From: a virus | Lineage: Duplodnaviria; Heunggongvirae; Uroviricota; Caudoviricetes | IMG/VR virus record: IMGVR_UViG_3300023487_000049 | Location: 1-5,041 of that record | Strand: one strand, 5' to 3' | Length of the DNA stretch: 5,041 nt | Shown: positions 1 through 5,041 of the stretch, one piece after another | Layout of the letters: every line of letters starts with the position of its first letter | Position numbering within the stretch: position 1 is the stretch's first letter | Notes under the pieces: model-generated | Told to the model about the DNA's origin: nothing | The model's input: the letters and a program-made list of their open reading frames with translations, nothing else | Databases searched by the model: none | Made by a program: the position numbers and the translations under genes

Positions 1-2096
1 CGGGCATTGTCTCCTTGCTGTTGCTGGAACTGTCCGAGCAGTTTCAGAGCCTCGCGGATATCAGATTTCTGCTGGCTATCGGCAGATGCGAGGATTTTCA
101 CAACATTTGCCGCTGCAACCTGAGCATCAGTCTGTGCCTGGAATGCTTTAACCTGAATGGCTGCCTGTTCGTTCTGCGCTTTCTGCAATTCAGCCTGACC
201 AGCAAGAAGCTGACCTTGCGCAGCAACCATAGCCGGATCCGGCTGACTGGCCTGTTGTTGTTTCGCCTGCTCAACCATCTGCTGTTCTTCTGGTGTTCTC
301 GGCTTAATAACGCCAGACAGAAGCAACTGATTGCGGTTGTATTCTTTAAGGTCGTCCATCCCTTCGCCGTCCATATTGTCGAGAATCATCGACGATACAA
401 GGTCATGCTTCGGCGTTCCTGGCGGGATAAGTGCCAGCATGGAAAGCAACGACTTAACCGTTGCATCACGGCGAGTAGCGAACGACTGACCGACATCGAC
501 AGTCACTTCATAGTTACCCTGCGAAAGGTCGTTAAGCGCGATAACCTTCCCTGTCTGACGGTCAACCACTTCACCAGTCATCAGCGCCACGTCATCGCTG
601 CCATCCTCATTAACGATGCGCATTGGCGTATCGCTGCCATAGACTTCACGAGCCATAGAAAGCCACACGACGCCAGCACGGCGCATGGATTTAGCCATGT
701 TGTCCATGTAGATATAGGACTGCGTGTCCATCCGGTTAAAGATGCTATCAACGGTATCGGTAGCGACGTTGCTCGGCATGTTCTCAAGCTGCGACGCACC
801 TGTAATTTGCTGAATAGCCGTTCCGGTGTACTGCAATAGCCCGGCAAGAGCAGGAGGCATTTGTGTCGGAGGTGTCCAGCCAGCAACCTGAGCCTCTGAA
901 ATGACCGTTCCGTTTTTGTCCTTCTTGCTGGTCATGGGAAGAACTGCAGGTCTTTTCTTATTCCTCTCTGCCCAGTGATTCATTAATGGACCGGGAATGA
1001 AATCAACATCCACGATAGGAATGCCATCACCGCCAGCCTGAGTAGCATTATCTGCAATCATGGAAACCATCAGGTTCTCAAGACGCTGTGCATCCATCGC
1101 TTTTGCTGCGTGGCCTTCGATTCGCTCCTGATTATCAACAAATGAACGACGCCCATATACCGGGATGAGAGGAATATGTTCGCCCGGAATACGCTTCGGT
1201 TCTTCCAGCCATTCAGCGCCAGACAGAAGACCGCAATAAACTCGGCGTTTCTTCACCGTTCGCTCGCCAATCAGTTCGAATGCACCATCGGTCAGCTCGT
1301 CGACAATATCTTTGATTTGCTCTTCATCATAGATTGCCGTTTCTCCGCTGACAGGGTTACGCCATGCTGTGAGCTTCACCTTCTCTATGCGGACTTCGTA
1401 GTAGCGTCCAACATAGATGGCATCTGGCGTTGACCAGTCATATTGAGTGCCAGTGTCATCACGAGAAAGGCTTGCCGCGATGGAATCAGGGTATTCAGCC
1501 TCGAACGCTTTAGGCGTCATGGAGAACATTTCCATAGCCCACATAGCATCAGAACGGTCATATTGCTTGCTGTCCTGATCGAAGAAGACGCATGTCGCTG
1601 GGTCGTAAACAGGAAGAAGGCTGATGCGTCGCTGCTCGTTACTCGGATCCATTTCATCTTCGTAATCGGCACACATGCGGAAACAACCGAATCCGCCCGT
1701 TACAGCATCATCAAATGCGTTATCACACGCTTCGCCACCGGATGTTTCCTGATAGTCAGCGCGGAATTTGCCGTTCATCTTTTCGGCTAACGCTTCCGAT
1801 GCCTTATCGTCCTTAGGCCTGAATTTAACGCTGATGCGATTCTGTCGATACTCGCCAATGATGCGATCACATTCACGGGCAATCTTATTCAGTTCAAAGC
1901 GCGGGTAATGCTCAAACCTGCCTTCATCAAATGAGTAACCAGCGTTTGTGCTGCCTTCCCACTGTGCGCCGGACACCCGGACGAAACGTTGAGCCTCAAT
2001 AATCTGCTCACGCATATCCTTCGTTGCTGACCAGGCATTATCAAAGTTGCACAGCACCTTGCGATGCCAGTCAGTCATCTTTCTATCATCAGCCAT
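1..2096 (-). CDS. Portal protein (P22 gene 1 family), N-terminal ~698 codons; C-terminus lies beyond the window start
   Basis: My own minus-strand translation is open with no stop from the ATG at 2096 (in-frame alternative ATG at 2099) down to position 1: [23 protein letters not shown] ... ALKLLGQFQQQQGDNA. Not in the ORF track because it runs off the window. GGAG sits 7 nt upstream of the 2096 ATG. Segments KKRRVY, GEHIPLIPVYG and the Q/A-rich C-terminal helical region (PRTPEEQQMVEQAKQQQ, AQGQLLAGQAELQKAQ) resemble the P22 portal as I recall it (RRRVY, GEHIPIVPV, PETPEEQQWLVEAQQ). Gene order terS-terL-portal supports the call. Confidence 0.85.
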   Translation of the reverse strand, partial: MADDRKMTDWHRKVLCNFDNAWSATKDMREQIIEAQRFVRVSGAQWEGSTNAGYSFDEGRFEHYPRFELNKIARECDRIIGEYRQNRISVKFRPKDDKASEALAEKMNGKFRADYQETSGGEACDNAFDDAVTGGFGCFRMCADYEDEMDPSNEQRRISLLPVYDPATCVFFDQDSKQYDRSDAMWAMEMFSMTPKAFEAEYPDSIAASLSRDDTGTQYDWSTPDAIYVGRYYEVRIEKVKLTAWRNPVSGETAIYDEEQIKDIVDELTDGAFELIGERTVKKRRVYCGLLSGAEWLEEPKRIPGEHIPLIPVYGRRSFVDNQERIEGHAAKAMDAQRLENLMVSMIADNATQAGGDGIPIVDVDFIPGPLMNHWAERNKKRPAVLPMTSKKDKNGTVISEAQVAGWTPPTQMPPALAGLLQYTGTAIQQITGASQLENMPSNVATDTVDSIFNRMDTQSYIYMDNMAKSMRRAGVVWLSMAREVYGSDTPMRIVNEDGSDDVALMTGEVVDRQTGKVIALNDLSQGNYEVTVDVGQSFATRRDATVKSLLSMLALIPPGTPKHDLVSSMILDNMDGEGMDDLKEYNRNQLLLSGVIKPRTPEEQQMVEQAKQQQASQPDPAMVAAQGQLLAGQAELQKAQNEQAAIQVKAFQAQTDAQVAAANVVKILASADSQQKSDIREALKLLGQFQQQQGDNA

Positions 2097-3592
2097 CATC
2101 CAACTCCGCAAGGTATGTTGTAGCTTGAGTAATCAATCTCTTTAGGATCTTTGATGTCTCGCATCTGTATTGCAAAACGCCTCATCATGTAGCCATAGCG
2201 AACAGCAGAAAGGATGTCGTCATTTAGCTTGACGATCTTCCCGTTCTCATCGCGGTGATACAGACGAAACTCTTCAAAGAATGGCTCGCAGGTGTTAAAT
2301 ACCTTGAAACGACCGTCGAGCATCATGTCGCGTATCTCTGCTATCCCGGGTTCGACCGCATTACCTCCATCAGGCCATGTTGCATGATCTGGCAACATGT
2401 CGAACCCAGCTTCGGCGTATTGTTCCTTGAGCTGAGCGCCGCCTCCCTTTTCGTGCTGATGCCCGTCATGAGGCCAAGCCGTAGGGGTGTTTTTGCTCCA
2501 TGCTTTAACAGCACTCCATGCCTCTGTCGCCTTCTTCTGTTTGGCCTTCCAGACGCGAGAAAGATAAATCACGTCCTCGTCTTTATCCCACCAAAGCTGG
2601 ATATGTGCCTGTGGGTGATCCCATCCGAAGTCCATTGCATTGATGACGTAGAAGTGATCAGGACACTCGAACGGCTGACACTTAATCGTCTCTTCCGGTA
2701 TCTGGAAGATTCGACCGCTACCCATCGTAGGAATACCGCGAGCACGCGCCTCTCTCTCATGCTCAGGATAGGATGCGATGATTTGCTCTTTCTGCTCGTC
2801 GGTGTAGTGCTCAGCGTCATAGATGGTCATGTTGACCACTTTCTGCGACTTGCTGGGGTTCTTCAGGAACTTGGTAACAACGTCAGACATCCCCATCAGC
2901 GGGGTAAACGTCAGAATTGAGAATTGCCCGTATTTGTTGGTACGGGTAAGACCTTCGCCATAAATGCTGTATGGTGGCTCTTCGTCAAACCACACGCCGT
3001 GGATTGTGTCACCCTGCCAGCGAGCGCGGCCTTGCGAGTATGGCTTGAAGTAGCAGATTGAAATGCCATCTTCAACGCCATCAGCCGTGTGATGCTTAAC
3101 CAGAAGATGATCAACAAGGTTCGGAAAGAAAGGAGACTTCTTCCAGCTAATGATGTCCTCTTTCGGTATGGAACCGTAGCCCGGCTCGTCATTCTCTTCA
3201 ATACGACCGCACAGGATGCGTTGAGTCGTTTTGGTTACCGTCTCGTTTGTCTCGCCACCAATCCAGAAGACAACAGGCTCATAGAAACGCTTACCTTTCC
3301 ACTCCCCACCATATTTACCATCAGCCGGATAGCCTTTTGTTCCAGGATAACGCCCTGTAAGGTGAAACGCGACTTCAGCAGCACCAGTAAATGACTTACC
3401 AAGCTGGTTGCCAGCCATAAAACATCGCTCTGGATAGTCATGTCCGGCGTCGATGAACTCACGCTGTTTGCTGTATGGCGTAAATTCATATAGCAGGTGT
3501 GTGTTCCGGTAGTTCTCTTCTTCTTCGAGTAGCTCGAGCAATTCGATTTGCTCTTCGTCGCTCAGGTTATCAAGAATCGCGTCCAGTTCCAC
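2096..3592 (-). CDS. terL: Terminase large subunit (P22 gene 2 type), 498 aa, GTG start
   Basis: Track ORF 2096..3592 minus. N-terminus [27 protein letters not shown] matches what I recall of P22 gp2. P-loop/Walker A-like AGNQLGKS is encoded at 3392..3415 and a Walker B-like hydrophobic stretch ends in VWFDEE. Length is close to the 499 aa I recall for P22 TerL. GTG start at 3592 with AAGGAG about 10 nt upstream. Lies immediately downstream of terS and upstream of the portal. Confidence 0.93.
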   Translation of the reverse strand: MELDAILDNLSDEEQIELLELLEEEENYRNTHLLYEFTPYSKQREFIDAGHDYPERCFMAGNQLGKSFTGAAEVAFHLTGRYPGTKGYPADGKYGGEWKGKRFYEPVVFWIGGETNETVTKTTQRILCGRIEENDEPGYGSIPKEDIISWKKSPFFPNLVDHLLVKHHTADGVEDGISICYFKPYSQGRARWQGDTIHGVWFDEEPPYSIYGEGLTRTNKYGQFSILTFTPLMGMSDVVTKFLKNPSKSQKVVNMTIYDAEHYTDEQKEQIIASYPEHEREARARGIPTMGSGRIFQIPEETIKCQPFECPDHFYVINAMDFGWDHPQAHIQLWWDKDEDVIYLSRVWKAKQKKATEAWSAVKAWSKNTPTAWPHDGHQHEKGGGAQLKEQYAEAGFDMLPDHATWPDGGNAVEPGIAEIRDMMLDGRFKVFNTCEPFFEEFRLYHRDENGKIVKLNDDILSAVRYGYMMRRFAIQMRDIKDPKEIDYSSYNIPCGVG

Positions 3593-4058
3593 GGCTGAAT
3601 AGCTCCTTGATACGAGAGCGTCGCTTATCGAGATCTCCCTTATCAGGTGTCACGTCTTCAACTTGCGACTGCTCTTTGAGGCCCAAATCACGGGCGATGA
3701 TGTTAGCGTTGAGAAGGTCAGCGGCTGCGCCAGAGAATTTCTGGTCGTAGATGACCTGTTCTGCTCGCGTAACGACTTCAGATAAATCTTCTCGCAGGCG
3801 ATATGTGCGCCATGTTTCAAGCGTCACATCAATGAACAGAGTGAGTCCGGTAATGGTCATCGCTCGCATCTTGGCGATAGGCTCTTGTATCACTTCACCC
3901 TGATACGAGAATGCCTTCATCTCCCATAGCGGGTTAGCTTCTACCCACTCGAAGTATTCACAACAAGCAGCCCACAGCGCCTCGGGCGACTCGAATTTAG
4001 GATTTCGCCCATGACTACTGCGGGCCTCCCAAAATCGGTTGCCCTTTGGTGCTGCCAT
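3570..4058 (-). CDS. terS: Terminase small subunit (P22 gene 3 type), 162 aa
   Basis: Track ORF 3570..4064 ([11 protein letters not shown]...); I prefer the second in-frame ATG at 4058 ([38 protein letters not shown]...) because the GAG-containing purine stretch is only about 3 nt from the 4064 ATG but about 8 nt from the 4058 ATG, and 162 aa matches P22 gp3. The sequence matches P22 gp3 as I remember it. It contains the pac sequence and its 3' end overlaps the terL start by 23 nt in a different frame. Confidence 0.9.
   Translation of the reverse strand: MAAPKGNRFWEARSSHGRNPKFESPEALWAACCEYFEWVEANPLWEMKAFSYQGEVIQEPIAKMRAMTITGLTLFIDVTLETWRTYRLREDLSEVVTRAEQVIYDQKFSGAAADLLNANIIARDLGLKEQSQVEDVTPDKGDLDKRRSRIKELFSRGTGRDS
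3764..3791 (-). other. pac: pac site (headful packaging initiation site) embedded in terS
   Basis: The minus strand reads GAAGATTTATCTGAAGTCGTTACGCGAG (reverse complement of 3764..3791), encoding residues E90-A99 ([10 protein letters not shown]) of terS. This matches the ~22-bp P22 pac site in the middle of gene 3 as I recall it from the literature. Exact boundaries of the functional site are uncertain. Confidence 0.65.
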
Positions 4059-4093
4059 ATTCATCTCACTTAATTGTCATTTCAGGTTGAGCA

Positions 4094-4336
4094 TCATGCT
4101 CCGGTAGTGAACAGGTCTAACGCTTCCTTCGATTTACGCACCGCTTCGATAGTGCGGGTAGTGATATCTGAATTAGCGCCGCCTGACTGGAAGTGAATTT
4201 TGAATAGCTCAAGATTCAGCTCGTCAGTACCAATGAACTGAAATGCTTCCTCTGCAGCTGCGTTCTGGTTCATGACCAGTTTGTAAATCTCTAACTGGAA
4301 TTTCTGTTCTTCAGTCATGGGAATAATCTCTGCCAT
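4094..4336 (-). CDS. Hypothetical protein, 80 aa, immediately upstream of terS (position and length match P22 orf80)
   Basis: Track ORF 4094..4336 minus (MAEIIPMTEEQKFQLEIYKLV...). GGAG lies about 6 nt upstream of the ATG. Same orientation and tight spacing with terS, and the translation is not low-complexity. No recognisable domain by eye. Confidence 0.6.
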   Translation of the reverse strand: MAEIIPMTEEQKFQLEIYKLVMNQNAAAEEAFQFIGTDELNLELFKIHFQSGGANSDITTRTIEAVRKSKEALDLFTTGA

Positions 4337-4357
4337 TGTCGGCTCCGTTTATCCGTT

Positions 4358-4383
4358 AAAAGGGATATCAGTTAAGATATCCC
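4358..4383 (-). terminator. Weak terminator-like hairpin (8-bp stem GGGATATC, 6-nt loop) followed by TTTT on the minus strand, just upstream of the 80-aa ORF
   Basis: Plus strand 4362..4369 GGGATATC, loop 4370..4375, 4376..4383 GATATCCC, with AAAA at 4358..4361 (T-run on the transcribed minus strand). Stem is only 50% GC and the T-run is short, so function is doubtful. Confidence 0.25.
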
Positions 4384-4576
4384 GTGTAGGGTATAAGCCA
4401 TTGTCGAGACCACTCATTGAATGGCCTCTGCAATAACCGATGTCTTTCCATCAGTCCGCCACCACAAAGAATCTTTTTTGCCTTAAGGCAGGAGGTTCAT
4501 CTTTCAGTGGCTGCCAGTGTTATTTCCCCACTTTCTGGCTTGGGTTGTTTCGCTGTACTGCCGCAACTGGTGGTGC

Positions 4577-4596
4577 ACAGATTTAGTTAAATCTGT
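4577..4596. repeat. Perfect 9-bp inverted repeat with 2-bp spacer (ACAGATTTA-gt-TAAATCTGT), operator-like dyad in non-coding DNA
   Basis: Read directly from the sequence: 4577..4585 ACAGATTTA is the exact reverse complement of 4588..4596 TAAATCTGT. AT-rich, no flanking T-run on either strand, so more consistent with a dimeric protein-binding site than a terminator. Function unknown. Confidence 0.4.
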
Positions 4597-4613
4597 TCTC
4601 GCCTGAACTATCT

Positions 4614-4642
4614 TTTACATACCCGGATTGTGGGGATGTAAA
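4614..4642. repeat. Imperfect 11-bp stem / 7-nt loop inverted repeat (TTTACATACCC-ggattgt-GGGGATGTAAA)
   Basis: Read directly from the sequence: 10 of 11 positions pair (one A/G mismatch). No adjacent T-run. Lies in the same non-coding island as the 20-bp dyad. Function unknown. Confidence 0.35.
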
Positions 4643-4689
4643 TCACGGTTTCATTATCAAGCCCACCCGTAGATAGGCTTTGTAATGAC

Positions 4690-4878
4690 TTACCCCAGCT
4701 TTGCTCGCACCAGCGCATCTTTAGCTTCGAGCAGCTTGCGGAGACCTGCTGACTTTTCAGCACTGTCCGGCAGTGATTCATCCATCAGTGTCGCAAGGTC
4801 ACCGATTGGCTTACTTACTTCCTGCAGATGCGCAGGGAGGTGTTGATAAGCGAAATACTTCATGATTGGAGATGACAT
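4690..4878 (-). CDS. Hypothetical small protein, 62 aa, between the spanin gene and the packaging genes
   Basis: Track ORF 4690..4878 minus (MSSPIMKYFAYQHLPAHLQEVSKPIGDLATLMDESLPDSAEKSAGLRKLLEAKDALVRAKLG). GAGGGT Shine-Dalgarno about 8 nt upstream of the ATG. Same strand as the late operon. No transmembrane segment or known motif visible. Not recognised by me. Confidence 0.45.
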   Translation of the reverse strand: MSSPIMKYFAYQHLPAHLQEVSKPIGDLATLMDESLPDSAEKSAGLRKLLEAKDALVRAKLG

Positions 4879-4896
4879 TATTTACCCTCGGGTAGT

Positions 4897-4920
4897 AAAA
4901 AGCCTCGCTATTACGAGGCT
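4897..4920 (-). terminator. Rho-independent terminator-like hairpin between the Rz-like stop and the 62-aa ORF
   Basis: Minus strand reads AGCCTCG-taatag-CGAGGCT followed by TTTTT (plus strand AAAAA 4897..4901, stem 4901..4907 and 4914..4920, loop 4908..4913). Located 9 nt downstream of the Rz-like stop codon (4929..4931). Confidence 0.45.
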
Positions 4921-4928
4921 ATGATTGT

Positions 4929-5041
4929 TCATTTCAGGCACTGCGTGTTGATGTATTCCTGCAGCGCTCTCAGTGATGTTTGGTCGCTGATGATTCCGGA
5001 TCTGATACCGAGAACGTTTCGTCCAGCAACTGGAGAGAGTT
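4929..5041 (-). CDS. i-spanin (Rz-like) C-terminal fragment; gene start lies beyond the window end
   Basis: Minus-strand frame open from the window edge to the TGA at 4929..4931: ...SPVAGRNVLGIRSGIISDQTSLRALQEYINTQCLK*. The C-terminal QEYINTQC resembles the lambda Rz C-terminus (...QKYINEQCR) as I recall it, including the penultimate cysteine. The position, directly upstream of the packaging genes in the late operon, fits a lysis cassette. Confidence 0.5.
   Translation of the reverse strand, partial: LSPVAGRNVLGIRSGIISDQTSLRALQEYINTQCLK

Noticed and set aside
15-1790. Plus-strand ORFs 15..839 (274 aa), 1176..1433 (85 aa), 1443..1790 (115 aa) and minus-strand ORF 581..886 (101 aa)
   Set aside because: All lie inside the portal gene, antisense or out of frame. 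Translations are low-complexity and rich in L/R/H/C with no ribosome-binding sites; typical shadow ORFs of a real gene on the other strand.
2255-3489. ORFs 2255..2920 (+), 2569..2820 (-), 2911..3201 (-), 3089..3394 (+), 3235..3489 (-)
   Set aside because: Embedded in terL, antisense or in alternative frames. No independent start signals, and the translations look like frame-shifted noise.
3499-3750. Plus-strand ORF 3499..3750 (83 aa)
   Set aside because: Antisense to the terS/terL overlap region; Arg/Ser-rich low-complexity translation typical of an antisense frame.
4490-4590. Possible 27-codon plus-strand ORF (GTG at 4507, stop 4588..4590) downstream of AGGAGG at 4490..4495, encoding a hydrophobic peptide
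   Set aside because: Spacing from Shine-Dalgarno to start is about 11 nt, it uses GTG, it is very short, and there is no promoter evidence on the plus strand. Cannot be distinguished from chance. Worth revisiting only if homologs conserve the frame.
4337-4689. tRNA or other known structured RNA gene in the non-coding island
   Set aside because: No T-loop-like GTTCGAATC / GGTTCRANYCC motif or cloverleaf arrangement visible on either strand. The dyads present do not fit a tRNA.
4929-5041. Embedded o-spanin (Rz1) 3' end in an alternative frame of the Rz-like fragment
   Set aside because: One alternative frame ends at a TGA within the fragment, but the visible peptide (...DPESSATKHH) is not proline-rich, and the lipobox and start would lie outside the window. 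Not supportable from this window alone.
1-5041. CRISPR array, integrase, transposase, toxin-antitoxin or dedicated anti-phage defence system
   Set aside because: No direct-repeat/spacer periodicity, no recombinase-like ORF, and no paired small ORFs with defence-like features. The coding content is accounted for by lysis and packaging genes plus two small hypothetical ORFs.

Overview
This window is the lysis-to-packaging junction of a P22-like (Lederbergvirus-type) enterobacterial phage or prophage, with every gene on the minus strand. Reading in the direction of transcription (high to low coordinates): the 3' end of an Rz-like i-spanin gene (4929..5041, runs off the window), an intrinsic terminator, a 62-aa ORF of unknown function, a ~350-bp non-coding island with several dyad elements, an 80-aa ORF, the small terminase (P22 gene 3 type, containing the pac site), the large terminase (P22 gene 2 type, 498 aa), and about 698 codons of the portal gene, which runs off the window start. 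The plus-strand ORFs in the track are antisense shadows of these genes. I see no RNA genes, CRISPR array, integrase or transposase. I do not find a clearly novel system: the only sequence not explained by canonical P22 biology is 4337..4878 (small ORF plus structured non-coding island), and the portal looks more diverged from P22 than the terminase genes, which suggests module mosaicism. All homology statements come from reading the translations and from memory of P22 and lambda proteins; no database search was run.
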